This document shows positions 47,399-57,221 of a stretch of 64,000 bases of DNA, piece by piece; the first letter of the stretch is position 1, and each line of letters begins with the position of its first letter. Source of the DNA: Myxococcota bacterium. GTDB taxonomy: Bacteria; Myxococcota_A; UBA796; SXON01. The stretch spans positions 95,047 through 159,046 of the forward strand of contig JAZKFH010000024.1 in assembly GCA_040386535.1 (NCBI GenBank). Reading direction: 5' to 3'. The notes beneath the pieces were generated by a model. That model was not told the DNA's origin, did no database searches, and worked only from the letters and a program-made list of their open reading frames with translations. A program made the position numbers and the translations under genes.

Positions 47399-48793
47399 AT
47401 GTCCATCCTCATCAAGAACGGCCGGATCGTCACCGCGGTCGACGACTACTTCGCCGATGTCCTCATCGAGGGCGAGAAGGTCACGCAGATCGGCGTGGGG
47501 CTCAAGGCCACGACCGACACGGTGATCGACGCCGCGGGCAAGCTGGTCATCCCCGGCGGCATCGATCCGCACACGCACATGGACATGCCCTTCGGCGGCA
47601 CCACCTCGGCGGACGACTTCGAGAGCGGCACCCTCGCCGCGGCGTTTGGCGGCACCACCACGATCGTCGACTTCGCCATCCAGACCAAGGGCAAGTCCAC
47701 GCTCGAAGGCCTGGACATCTGGCACGCGAAGGCCGAGGGCAAGGCGAGCATCGACTACGCCTTCCACATGATCGTGACCGACATGCCGCGCGAGCGCCTC
47801 CCCGAGATGGAGACCCTCGCGCGCGCCGGGGTCACCTCCTACAAGTTGTTCATGGCCTACCCGGGCGTGCTCTACGTCGACGACGGCGTGCTCTACCGCA
47901 CGTTCCGGCAGGCCGGGCTCAACGGCACGCGCATCAACATGCACGCCGAGAACGGCATCGTGATCGACGAGATCATCCGCGAGGCCGTGGAGGACGGCAA
48001 GGTCGATCCCCGCTGGCACGCGCTCACCCGCCCCACCCGGATGGAGGCCGAGGGCGTGCACCGCGCCATCGCGATCGCCGAGGTGGCCGAGGTCCCCCTC
48101 TACATCGTTCACCTATCCAGTCACGACGCGCTGGAGCAGGTGCGCCTCGGCCGCGCGCGCGGCGTGGACGTGCAGGCCGAGACCTGCCCGCAGTACCTCT
48201 TCCTCGACTCGTCCTGGTACGACCGCCCGAACTTCGAGGGCGCCAAGTGGGTCATGACCCCGGCGCTCCGCGAGAAGTGGAACCAGAAGTCGCTGTGGCA
48301 GGGCCTCAAGTTCGGCGATCTCTCGGCCGTCGCGACCGATCATTGCCCGTTCTGTTTCGGTGGGCAGAAGGAGCTCGGCCGCGAGAGCTTCACCAAGATC
48401 CCCAACGGCGCCCCCGGCGTCGAGAACCGCATGTCGCTGATGTACGACGGCGGCGTGGTGAAGGGCCGCATCTCGCTCAACCGCTTCGTCGAGCTCACGT
48501 CGACCTCCGCGGCCAAGACGTTTGGCCTCTTCCCGAAGAAGGGCACGGTGGCCGTCGGGAGCGACGCCGACATCGTCGTGTTCGACCCCGAGAAGAAGCG
48601 GACGATCAGCATCCATGACCCCGAGACCCACCACATGAAGGTCGACTACAGCGCGTACGAGGGCCACGAGGTGCAGGGCTGGACCGAGACCGTGATCAGC
48701 CGCGGCAAGGTGGTCGTGCACAAGGGCGTCGCGTCGAGCACGGGCAAGGGCGAGTACGTGGCCCGGGCGCGCGTGGGTGAGCTGCTGCGCTGA
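47399..48793 (+). CDS. hydA: Dihydropyrimidinase (D-hydantoinase)
   Basis: PGGIDPHTH, SYKLFMAY, HAENG, AETCPQYL, TDHCPF, F.KIPNG.PGVE.R. Confidence 0.95.
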   Translation: MSILIKNGRIVTAVDDYFADVLIEGEKVTQIGVGLKATTDTVIDAAGKLVIPGGIDPHTHMDMPFGGTTSADDFESGTLAAAFGGTTTIVDFAIQTKGKSTLEGLDIWHAKAEGKASIDYAFHMIVTDMPRERLPEMETLARAGVTSYKLFMAYPGVLYVDDGVLYRTFRQAGLNGTRINMHAENGIVIDEIIREAVEDGKVDPRWHALTRPTRMEAEGVHRAIAIAEVAEVPLYIVHLSSHDALEQVRLGRARGVDVQAETCPQYLFLDSSWYDRPNFEGAKWVMTPALREKWNQKSLWQGLKFGDLSAVATDHCPFCFGGQKELGRESFTKIPNGAPGVENRMSLMYDGGVVKGRISLNRFVELTSTSAAKTFGLFPKKGTVAVGSDADIVVFDPEKKRTISIHDPETHHMKVDYSAYEGHEVQGWTETVISRGKVVVHKGVASSTGKGEYVARARVGELLR

Positions 48794-48800
48794 ACGGGAC

Positions 48801-48829
48801 GCGGCGCGAGGGATCGACGCCCGCGCCGC
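48801..48829. terminator. Hairpin between convergent genes
   Basis: GCGGCGCG-N13-CGCGCCGC right after the hydA stop. Confidence 0.35.
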
Positions 48830-49360
48830 CTACATGTGCGGCGGGCGCCGCCGGGACCCCGGCTGGAGCCGGTCCCGGTCGTCCTTCGTCTCGACCTCCG
48901 CCCCGATCGGCGTGGCGCCGGGCGGGATCTCCGGCTCGCCGGGCAGCGGCCCCGGCTCGCGGTGGCGGCCCGCGCCGGGCACGGGGGTGGTCTCCTCGCG
49001 CGGGCGCGGGTGCTTCTTCGCCTCCCCGCCGCCCACCTGGTGCTCGCGGAGGTGTTTGTCGGCGTTGTGGAGGAGCCCGCGTGGCTTCTCCTCGGGGGCC
49101 GCCTCGAGCGGCACCGATTGGCGTGGCGGGGTTCGTGGAGAGGTGAAGTCCGGCGGCCCCCCGCCGCTCCCGGCGACGGTCTGCCCGGCCCACTTGGTCG
49201 CCCGGATCCGGCTCCGCTCCTCGTCGTGCCCCTCGTTGGCGGGGTGGAGGAGCCGCGGGTCATCCGCGTCCTCCCGCACGATCGCGCCGCCGTTCCGCGG
49301 GCGGTTCTGCTCCCGCTCGCGCTGGAGCCGCGCCCATTTCTGGTCCTCGTTTTCGCTCAT
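48830..49360 (-). CDS. Hypothetical charged, probably disordered protein
   Basis: Fills the gap downstream of the nitrilase gene on the same strand; E/R/P/G-rich; no motif recognised. Confidence 0.45.
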   Translation of the reverse strand: MSENEDQKWARLQREREQNRPRNGGAIVREDADDPRLLHPANEGHDEERSRIRATKWAGQTVAGSGGGPPDFTSPRTPPRQSVPLEAAPEEKPRGLLHNADKHLREHQVGGGEAKKHPRPREETTPVPGAGRHREPGPLPGEPEIPPGATPIGAEVETKDDRDRLQPGSRRRPPHM

Positions 49361-49452
49361 GCGCCCCCCGATCCCAGAAGCGAAGCACCGGGGGGTGCGC
49401 GAAAAGCGCGACGGCGACAGGATGCTGGCGCCGTCCGGGTGCCGTGCTGGAG

Positions 49453-50331
49453 CTACGGGAGGTCCTTCACCATGTCGCCGTAGGTGTCCGGGCGACGATC
49501 GCGGAAGAACTGCCAGGTCTGGCGGACCTCTTCGATCTGGTTCAGATCACAGGACGCGATGACGAGCTCGTCCTCCGTCTCGGACGCCGTCGCGAGGAAC
49601 TCGCCGCGCGGATTGCAGATGTAGCTGGTGCCGTAGAAGCGCCCGATGCCCCACGGGGCCTCGGTGCCGACGCGGTTCGAGGCCGCCATGAAGTAGCCGT
49701 TGGCCACCGCGTGGGCCGGCTGCTCGAGCTTCCAGAGGTACTGGGACAGGCCGGCGACCGTGGCCGAGGGGTTGAACACGATCTCGGCGCCGTGGAGGCC
49801 GAGCAGGCGCGCGCCCTCGGGGAAATGCCGGTCGTAGCAGATGTACACGCCGATGCGCGCGTAGCGGGTCTGGAACGTCGGGTAGCCGAGGTTGCCCGGC
49901 TTGAAGTAGAACTTCTCCCAGAAGCCCGAGGTCTGCGGGATGTGGTTCTTGCGGTAGGTGCCGAGGGTGGTGCCGTCCGCGTCGAGCACGACCGCGGTGT
50001 TGTAGTACACGCCGGGCATGGCCGCTTCGTAGATGGGGACAACCATCGCCATCTGGTACTTCGCTGCGATGGGGCGCAGCCGCTCGACCGTGGGGCCGTC
50101 GATCGCCTCGGCGGCGCCGTACCAGCGCTTGTCCTGGCCCGGGCAGAAGTACGGGCCGTTGAAGATCTCCTGGAGGCCGAGGATCTGCACGCCGCTCTCA
50201 CCCGCCTGGCGGATGAGCGGCAGGTGCTTCTCGAACATCGCCTCCTGGATCTCGCGGACAGGGACCGTCTCGTCGTTGATGGGGTTGGACGCCTGGATCA
50301 GGCCGACGGAGACGTTGCGGGCCAATGCCAT
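49453..50331 (-). CDS. Nitrilase-superfamily C-N hydrolase, probable beta-ureidopropionase
   Basis: Triad motifs LQEIF.GPYF, YRKNHIP and ICYDRHFPE; NRVG.E; pyrimidine catabolic context; ATG 50331. Confidence 0.9.
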   Translation of the reverse strand: MALARNVSVGLIQASNPINDETVPVREIQEAMFEKHLPLIRQAGESGVQILGLQEIFNGPYFCPGQDKRWYGAAEAIDGPTVERLRPIAAKYQMAMVVPIYEAAMPGVYYNTAVVLDADGTTLGTYRKNHIPQTSGFWEKFYFKPGNLGYPTFQTRYARIGVYICYDRHFPEGARLLGLHGAEIVFNPSATVAGLSQYLWKLEQPAHAVANGYFMAASNRVGTEAPWGIGRFYGTSYICNPRGEFLATASETEDELVIASCDLNQIEEVRQTWQFFRDRRPDTYGDMVKDLP

Positions 50332-50369
50332 GGAAGGACCTCTCGCGGGTGGGGGAGCCGGGCTGGTGA

Positions 50370-51830
50370 CTAGTAGAAGGAAGACGTGCGGCGAGCGCCG
50401 CCGTGGTTGATGTAGACGGTCTTCTGCTCGGAGTAGAACTTCCACGCGTCGGGCCCCATCTCGCGGGGGCCGACGCCGGTGTTCTTGACGCCGCCGAAGG
50501 GCAGGTGCGCCTCGCCGCCCATCGTCGGGGCGTTCACCTGGGTCATGCCGGTGTCGAGGCGCTCGATGATGGAGAAGGCGCGCGACAGGTCGTTCGTGTA
50601 CACGGACGAGGTGAGGCCGAACTGCACGGCGTTCGCGGCGTCGATGGCGGCGTCGACACTCGCGACGCGCACCACGGCGAGCACCGGCCCGAAGATCTCC
50701 TCGGTCGCGATGCGGGCGGTGGGGGCCACGAAGTCGAACAACGTGGGCGCGGGGAAGAAGCCGCGCGGCAGGTCGGTGATGCGGCCGCCGCCGAAGACCA
50801 GCTTCGCCTCGGCCGCGCCGATGTCGGTGTAGGAGACCACCTTCTCCATCTGCCGCTCGCTCACCGAGGGGCCCATGGTGACGCCGTCCTCGAGGGGGTG
50901 GCCCGCGCGGAGCGCCTTGCCGAGCGCGATGACCTTCGCGACGAACGCGTCGGCCACGCCCTCCATGACGATCGCGCGGCTGGTGGCCGTGCAACGCTGC
51001 CCCGTGGAGCCGAAAGCCCCTTGCACGCAGGCGGCGGCGGCCTTGTCGAGGTCCGCGTCGTCCAGGACGATCAGGGGGTTCTTGCCGCCCATCTCGCACT
51101 GCACGGGCTTGTTGAGCTGGGCGCAGCGCGCGGACACCTTGAGGCCCACCTCGGTCGACCCGGTGAAGCTCACGGCGCGCACGTGCGGGTGGTCGATGAG
51201 GGCGAGCGCGGGCGCCGCGTCCCCATGGACCACGTTCACGACGCCCGGCGGGAAGCCGGCCTCCTCACAATACTTGCCGATGAGGTGGGCGGTGTAGGGG
51301 GTCTCCGGGGCGGGCTTGAGCACCACCGTGTTCCCGGCGACCAGCGCCGGCGCCATCTTCCACAGCGGGATGCACACCGGGAAGTTCCACGGGGTGATGA
51401 GCCCGACGACGCCGTGCGGGCGCCACATCGTGAAGGCGAAGGTGCCGGCGAGCTCGCTCGGGACGGTGATCCCGGTGAGGCGGCGCGCGTCTCCCGCGGC
51501 GAACTCGATGTAGCGGATGGCCTTCTGGACCTCGCCACGCGCCTCGCCGATGATCTTGCCCTCCTCCAGCGCCAGGGCGCGGGAGAGCGGCTCGGCCTCA
51601 CGCTCGAGGATGCGCACGAGGCGGAACAGGAGCTCGCCGCGCTTGGGCGCCGGCGTGCCCGACCAGCCCGGGAACGCGGCGTGGGCGGCCTCGATGGCCT
51701 CGTTCATCAGGTCCGCGCCCGACACCGGGGCGGTGCCGAGCAGCTCGCCGTCCGCCGGGCAGCGGTTCTCGCCGGTGGCGTCGGCGTCCCGCCAGACGCC
51801 GTTGATGAGATTCCGCGCGTTCAAGTCCAT
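50370..51830 (-). CDS. Aldehyde dehydrogenase (non-acylating, KGSADH/YcbD-like)
   Basis: TPWNFP, FTGS, CEMGGKNP, GQRCTATSR, EEIFGP, PFGG.K; start at 51830 (AGGGGG RBS) or 51845. Confidence 0.85.
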   Translation of the reverse strand: MDLNARNLINGVWRDADATGENRCPADGELLGTAPVSGADLMNEAIEAAHAAFPGWSGTPAPKRGELLFRLVRILEREAEPLSRALALEEGKIIGEARGEVQKAIRYIEFAAGDARRLTGITVPSELAGTFAFTMWRPHGVVGLITPWNFPVCIPLWKMAPALVAGNTVVLKPAPETPYTAHLIGKYCEEAGFPPGVVNVVHGDAAPALALIDHPHVRAVSFTGSTEVGLKVSARCAQLNKPVQCEMGGKNPLIVLDDADLDKAAAACVQGAFGSTGQRCTATSRAIVMEGVADAFVAKVIALGKALRAGHPLEDGVTMGPSVSERQMEKVVSYTDIGAAEAKLVFGGGRITDLPRGFFPAPTLFDFVAPTARIATEEIFGPVLAVVRVASVDAAIDAANAVQFGLTSSVYTNDLSRAFSIIERLDTGMTQVNAPTMGGEAHLPFGGVKNTGVGPREMGPDAWKFYSEQKTVYINHGGARRTSSFY

Positions 51831-51889
51831 GAAGCCCCCTGCCATACAGTGCGACGATCAGCCGCGCAATGTATCACAATGGGGCCTCA

Positions 51890-53704
51890 TCAGGACGCGG
51901 CGCCCTCGTACATCTCCTCGATCTCCTTGGCGAAGTTCGTGTAGATGTTCTTGCGCTTCAGCTTGAGCGTGGGGGTCAGCTCGCCGGTGTCGATGGCGAG
52001 CGGGCGCGGCAGCACCTTGTACTTGCGGACGTGCTCCACGCGCGCGAACAGCTCGTTGCAGGCGTCGACCGCCTTCTGGAGCTCCTCGCGCACCTTCTCG
52101 TTGTCGGCGGTCACGGTCGCGCCGAGGCCGTTCGCCTCGCCGAAGCGCACGAGGGCCTCGGGGTCGACCTGGAGCAGCGCGGTCAGGTAGGCGCGGCGGT
52201 CGCCGATGACCACGGCCTCGCCGATGAGGGGGTGGTTCTTGAGCGCGGCCTCGATGTTCTTCGGCGCCACGTTCTTGCCGCCGGCGGTGATGAGGATCTC
52301 CTTCTTGCGGCCGACGATCGAGAGGAACCCGTCGGCGTCGAACGCGCCGAGATCGCCGGAGTGCAGCCACCCGTCGATGAGGGTCTCGGCGGTGGCCGCG
52401 GGGTCGCGGTAGTAGCCGAGGAACACGTTCGGCCCGCGCAGGATGATCTCGCCGTCCTCCGCGAGCTTGACCTCACAGCCGGGGATGGCGGGGCCCACCG
52501 AGCCGAGCTTGGTCTTGCCGGGCAGGTTGAACGTGGTGGGGCCGCTGCCCTCGGACTGCCCGTACACCTCGTGCACCAGCACGTCGATGCCGGAGAGGAA
52601 GGTGAGGACCTCCTTGGAGACGGGCGCGGCGCCGCTGATGCACACCCGCGCGCGGGTCAGGCCCAGGACCGGCTTGACCTTCGAGTAGATGAGCTTGTCG
52701 GCGAGGGTGTGCTGGAACGTCAGGAAGCCGCCCGGCTGCTCGCCGAGGCCCTTGGCCTTGTGGTAGCGCTGGCCGACGTCCATCGCCCAGGCCACCAGCT
52801 TCGCCTTGACGCCCGTGGCGAGGGAGAGCTTGGCGGACACGCCCGCGTGGAACTTCTCCCAGATGCGGGGCACCGCGAAGAGGATGGTGGGCTCGACCTC
52901 CTTGAGGTTCTCCGGGACCTTCTCCATGCTCTCGGCGAAGGAGATGCTGCTGCCGCACGAGATCGGCGCGTGGATGGAGAACATCTGCTCGGCGATGTGG
53001 GAGAGCGGCAGGTAGGAGAGGCTGCAGTCGCCCGGGCCGATCGTGACCATCTCGATGGCGGTCTTGGCGGTCCACGCGAGGTTCTCGTGGGAGAGCATCA
53101 CGGCCTTGGGCGGGCCGGTGGTGCCCGACGTGTAGATGAGCGTCGCGAGGTCCTTCACCTTGAGCGCGGCGAGCCGGCGATCGACCTCGGCGTCGGGCGT
53201 GGCGCTCGCGCGGCCGAGGAACTGCTCCCACGTCATGACCATCGGATCGTCGATGGCCGCGGCGCCCTTCATCATCACGACGTGCTTCAGGTGGGGCAGC
53301 TCGTGCCGCACCTTCTTCACCTTCTCCCACTGCATCACGTTCTCGAGGAGCACGATGGCGGACTCGGCGTGGTTGACGATGTACTGCACCTCGACCGGCG
53401 AGTTGGTGGTGTAGATCCCGGCGGGCGCGCCGCCGACCATCATCGCCGCGACGTCGACGATGACCCACTCCGGGCGATTGAAGCCGAGGATGCACACGGT
53501 GCCGCCCGGCTCGAGCCCGAGGGACACCAGCGCGCGCGCGGCCTCACGCACCTCGGCCGCGTACGTGGCGTAGTTCGTGGAGGTCCAGGCGCCGCCCGCC
53601 TTGACCCGGTAGGCCAGCGCGTCCGGGTGGGTGCGCGCCGTCTCGAAGAGGCGGGCGGGGATGGTGTCGAGGGACAGTGCGGTGGCGATCGGCGCGTTCG
53701 GCAC
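51890..53704 (-). CDS. Long-chain fatty-acid--CoA ligase (AMP-dependent synthetase)
   Basis: IYTSGTTGPPKAV, YGQSE, GWLHSGD, GRKKE...GGKNVAP, GELTPTLK; GTG 53704 after AGGAG. Confidence 0.9.
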   Translation of the reverse strand: MPNAPIATALSLDTIPARLFETARTHPDALAYRVKAGGAWTSTNYATYAAEVREAARALVSLGLEPGGTVCILGFNRPEWVIVDVAAMMVGGAPAGIYTTNSPVEVQYIVNHAESAIVLLENVMQWEKVKKVRHELPHLKHVVMMKGAAAIDDPMVMTWEQFLGRASATPDAEVDRRLAALKVKDLATLIYTSGTTGPPKAVMLSHENLAWTAKTAIEMVTIGPGDCSLSYLPLSHIAEQMFSIHAPISCGSSISFAESMEKVPENLKEVEPTILFAVPRIWEKFHAGVSAKLSLATGVKAKLVAWAMDVGQRYHKAKGLGEQPGGFLTFQHTLADKLIYSKVKPVLGLTRARVCISGAAPVSKEVLTFLSGIDVLVHEVYGQSEGSGPTTFNLPGKTKLGSVGPAIPGCEVKLAEDGEIILRGPNVFLGYYRDPAATAETLIDGWLHSGDLGAFDADGFLSIVGRKKEILITAGGKNVAPKNIEAALKNHPLIGEAVVIGDRRAYLTALLQVDPEALVRFGEANGLGATVTADNEKVREELQKAVDACNELFARVEHVRKYKVLPRPLAIDTGELTPTLKLKRKNIYTNFAKEIEEMYEGAAS

Positions 53705-53842
53705 GGGGAATCTCCTGGGACGCGCAGGGTACGGCGTCGGCCGCGCCGTCGTCAAGCCCTGGTTCTCCGCGGCCCGTCGCGGGCGCCTCCGCTGCTCCCC
53801 CGCCATAGACGCGAGCGGACTACCACGCGCGAACCTGCCAGA

Positions 53843-55138
53843 TCAGCGCGCCGGCACCAGCTTCCGGCGGCGCGTGAGGAACAGGGCCGCGACGAGCACC
53901 CCCAGGGGCGCCCCGGGGAGCACCGGCGCGCTGCATCCGCACCCCTCCCCGCTCCCGATCCCGTCGCCGTCCCCCTCGGGGACCCCGATGCCGTCGGGAT
54001 CCTCACCGTCGCAGGTGCCACCGCCCTCGATCCAGCCGACGCCACACACGGGGAAGTCGCCTTCGAGCTCGATGGCGTGCTGGATGTACCGGATCTGCGA
54101 GGGGGTCGTGTCGTTCGACGGGTAGAGCACCAGATCCTGGTCGGCCGCGCCGGCGCCGTAGCGCATGTGGAGGCGCGTCACGAACGCCTCCGCGCTGGTC
54201 CCGATGAACCCGACCTCGCCGAGGTCCGCGTCCGTGGGCGGCTCTCCCGAGCACGGGTCACAGCCGCCGCCCCCCCACGCGTATTCGCGCACCCACGCCG
54301 GGCGGTCCTGCGAGGCCATGGCGGCGCCGAATTGGGCGCCGTAGAACTCGCCGAAGCTGGCGTACACGTCGTCCCGGAACAGGCACTCCTGCTCGATCGT
54401 CGCCTCGGGGTAGTTCGCGACGCCCACGCTGCCGCTCGTGTAGTCGTTCACGGCGTAGACGATGAGGTCCTGCGTGCCGGGCGAGTTGAGCGTGCCGAGG
54501 CGGATGGGGAGCGCGAACACGTCGCTCTCGTAGCCGAAGCGGATCGGCGAGAGGAAGCTCGCGCCCTCCGGCAGCCGGTCGAGCGCGACCTTCGCGGCGA
54601 AGAAGAACGCGCCAGCGTCGATGTACTCGGAGAGCAGGGCGGCTGCGGCCTCGTCCACGCCGTAGCCGTTGGCGTCGAGCCATGTGAGCAGCCCGTCGGA
54701 CTCCTCCGCGGAGAGCACGACAATGTCGTATTCGCCGGCGCTGAAGGAGGCCTCGACGGTGACCGCGTCGTCCGCGTCGGCGCCGCGACCACCCCCGTCA
54801 CTGTCGGCGCCGTCGGCCGTCGGCGCTTCCCACGCGTGAAGCTGCTCGCAGGTGTAGGAGACGAGCCGCGGGCCGGAGTACGCGTCGAGGCGGCCGAACA
54901 GCGCCGGATCGACCACCGCCACGTCGTCCGGGCCGAGCACCTCGGGCACGGGAACGAGCAGGGCGAACGCGGTCGCGTCCCCCTCGTAGTCGTTGGCGAG
55001 GGTGAGCGTCGTTCGGGTGCCCTGCCGGCTGATGACCACCTGGCTCACGCTGTTGTAGAGCGAGGCGCCCGCCTGGCCCACGTACGTGCCGCAGAAGGCG
55101 TGGGCGGGCCCGGAGAGCGCCAACAGGGACAGGAGCAT
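53843..55138 (-). CDS. DUF2330 domain secreted protein with MYXO-CTERM-like tail
   Basis: A.AFCG.YV, FALLVPVP, GEYDIVVLSA, WL.ANGY, LPIRLG, CDPC, VTRLH; tail GCGC-TM-RRRK. Confidence 0.8.
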   Translation of the reverse strand: MLLSLLALSGPAHAFCGTYVGQAGASLYNSVSQVVISRQGTRTTLTLANDYEGDATAFALLVPVPEVLGPDDVAVVDPALFGRLDAYSGPRLVSYTCEQLHAWEAPTADGADSDGGGRGADADDAVTVEASFSAGEYDIVVLSAEESDGLLTWLDANGYGVDEAAAALLSEYIDAGAFFFAAKVALDRLPEGASFLSPIRFGYESDVFALPIRLGTLNSPGTQDLIVYAVNDYTSGSVGVANYPEATIEQECLFRDDVYASFGEFYGAQFGAAMASQDRPAWVREYAWGGGGCDPCSGEPPTDADLGEVGFIGTSAEAFVTRLHMRYGAGAADQDLVLYPSNDTTPSQIRYIQHAIELEGDFPVCGVGWIEGGGTCDGEDPDGIGVPEGDGDGIGSGEGCGCSAPVLPGAPLGVLVAALFLTRRRKLVPAR

Positions 55139-55189
55139 GGGAGGCCTCCGCTCAGACAATGGCCGCGAACGAGGCGGATGACAAGGCCG

Positions 55190-55828
55190 CTAGGTGCCCC
55201 CGCCCCACGTCGCGGCGGTTTCGCGCGAGTCCCAGGCGACGCAGCCGTCGGACCGGCAGTCCGCGTCCTCCCAGCCCGAGCCCTTCAACGTCACCTCCCC
55301 GCTGCCCCCGTCCGGCACGAGGCTGACGCTCATCTCGGCGCCGAGGCTCTCGTAGTCCGCGGTCGCGTCGGCGTAGTCCCACTTGTCGAAGGTGCCGATC
55401 AGCGCCGCCGCGTCGAGGTCCTGGGTGAACGAGGCGCTGTCGACCGTGTAGGCGTGCAACGTCACGGCCCAGGTCTCGGCGAACACGCCGTCGGCCGTGG
55501 AGATCGCGACGTTCGTGTCGACCTCGAGGCTGTCCTCGCATGACGCCGGGTCTCCGCCGGACTCCACCTCGTTGTCGATGAACCGCACGTCTCCGGCGCC
55601 CCCGGTCAGCTCGACCGTGAGGGTGGTCTCGCTCTCGTCCCCCACCCACGTGAGGGTCTGGGTCGTGGCCGTGCCCAGCTGCGCGATCAGGTCGTCCGCG
55701 GAGTAGCCGAGCGCCGTGGCGTCGGCGCTGTCCACCGCAGAGGGCGTCGAGATGCACGCTGGCACATCCAGACCGCCGTGGGATCGGGTGGTGCACGCCA
55801 CGAGGACGAGGAGCGGGAGCAGGCGCAT
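55190..55828 (-). CDS. Hypothetical lipoprotein
   Basis: ATG 55828 after GGAG; MRLLPLLVLVAC lipobox; acidic and beta-rich with four further Cys. Confidence 0.65.
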   Translation of the reverse strand: MRLLPLLVLVACTTRSHGGLDVPACISTPSAVDSADATALGYSADDLIAQLGTATTQTLTWVGDESETTLTVELTGGAGDVRFIDNEVESGGDPASCEDSLEVDTNVAISTADGVFAETWAVTLHAYTVDSASFTQDLDAAALIGTFDKWDYADATADYESLGAEMSVSLVPDGGSGEVTLKGSGWEDADCRSDGCVAWDSRETAATWGGGT

Positions 55829-55875
55829 GGGGAGGTCTCCATCGAGCAGGGTTGGGTGGACGGGAAAACGGGATG

Positions 55876-57162
55876 CTACGCGCGGTCGGCCCGCCGCCGA
55901 ATCACGAGCGCCGCGGCCGCCGCAGCGAGCGCGGCGAGCGGTACGATCGGGGCGCCACAGCCCGTGCGCGTCGCATCCACCGCCTCCCCGTCGTCGCAGG
56001 TGCCCGGGTCCTCGGCCATCCCCTCCCCGCAGATCGGGTACAGGTCTTCGAGGTCGGACTTGTAGGTGATGTACTTGATCTGCTCGTTCGTCGCGATGCC
56101 GGAGGCGTAGAGCGTCAGGTCCTGGTCGACGTCGTTGGGGCCGTAGCGCAGGTGCAGCCGCGTGAAGTGCATGTCCCACGGATCGGTGGTGAACCCCAGG
56201 GCCGCGAGCTGAGTCTCGTCGGGCGGGTTCCCGCTGCACGGATCACAGCCGGCCGAGCTCCACGAGTACTCCGTGACCCAGCCCGGCCGGGACTCGGTGG
56301 CCTGCGCCTCGGCGAATTGGGACGTGTAGAACGCGCCGAACCCCTCCCCCTCGTCCGCCCACATGCACTCGTTCTCGACCTCCACCTCGGGGTAGTTGGC
56401 GATGCCGATCGCGCCGTCCGCCGTGGTGGTGAGCCCGTAGATGATCACGTCCTGGTCGCCGTCGGACGAGATGGTGCCAATTCGCACGGGCAGGGAGAAC
56501 ACGTCGCTCTCGTAGGAGAACTGGAGCGGGGAGAGGCCGGCCACCGCGCCCGCCTCGACCGTGGGGAGGGACACCTTGGCGGCGAAGAAGTAGCTTCCGG
56601 CCTCGATGTACTCATCCAGGATCGCCTCGCCGCCCGCGGGCAACGTGTACCCGTACGCGTCGAGCCAGTTGTAGAGCCCGGACGACTCCTCCGCGGAGAG
56701 CACGACGATCTCGTATTCGCCCTCGGTGAAGGCGCTCTCGACGACGACGCCGCCGGTATCCAACGCGGCGCCGGCGTCGGCCTTGTCCTTCGCCCTGAGC
56801 TCGTAGTCCGCGCAACCGATTCCACAGCCGGAGCCACCCTCCGCGAAGTCCGCGCACGCGTACGAGACGAGCCGGGGCCCGGAGTAGGCGTCGAGCACGC
56901 CGAACACCTCGGGGTTCAGCCGCCGCACGTCGTCGGGGCCGAGCACGACCGGCACGGGGATGACGATGGCGAACTGGCTGAGCGGGCCCTCGTAGTCCAT
57001 CGCGAGCGACAGCGTGGTGTGGTTGCCCTTCCTCACGACCGCGACCTGGCTGGCGTGGTTGTACAGCTCCGATCCGGCCTGGCCGACGTAGGTGCCGCAG
57101 AACGCGGAGGCCGGCGGGAGCGCCATCTGGAGCGCGGCCGGGAGCAGGGAGAGCAACAACAC
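55876..57162 (-). CDS. DUF2330 domain secreted protein, paralogue of 53843-55138
   Basis: Same motifs (AFCGTYVGQAG, YSGPRLVSY.C, GCDPCSG.PP, TRLH.RY); tail GCG-TM-RRR. Confidence 0.8.
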   Translation of the reverse strand: MLLLSLLPAALQMALPPASAFCGTYVGQAGSELYNHASQVAVVRKGNHTTLSLAMDYEGPLSQFAIVIPVPVVLGPDDVRRLNPEVFGVLDAYSGPRLVSYACADFAEGGSGCGIGCADYELRAKDKADAGAALDTGGVVVESAFTEGEYEIVVLSAEESSGLYNWLDAYGYTLPAGGEAILDEYIEAGSYFFAAKVSLPTVEAGAVAGLSPLQFSYESDVFSLPVRIGTISSDGDQDVIIYGLTTTADGAIGIANYPEVEVENECMWADEGEGFGAFYTSQFAEAQATESRPGWVTEYSWSSAGCDPCSGNPPDETQLAALGFTTDPWDMHFTRLHLRYGPNDVDQDLTLYASGIATNEQIKYITYKSDLEDLYPICGEGMAEDPGTCDDGEAVDATRTGCGAPIVPLAALAAAAAALVIRRRADRA

Positions 57163-57221
57163 GGGGGGCCTTCCGGGGGTGGCGGCATCGAATCCAGCAA
57201 GATCGAGGCCAGCCTTCCACC

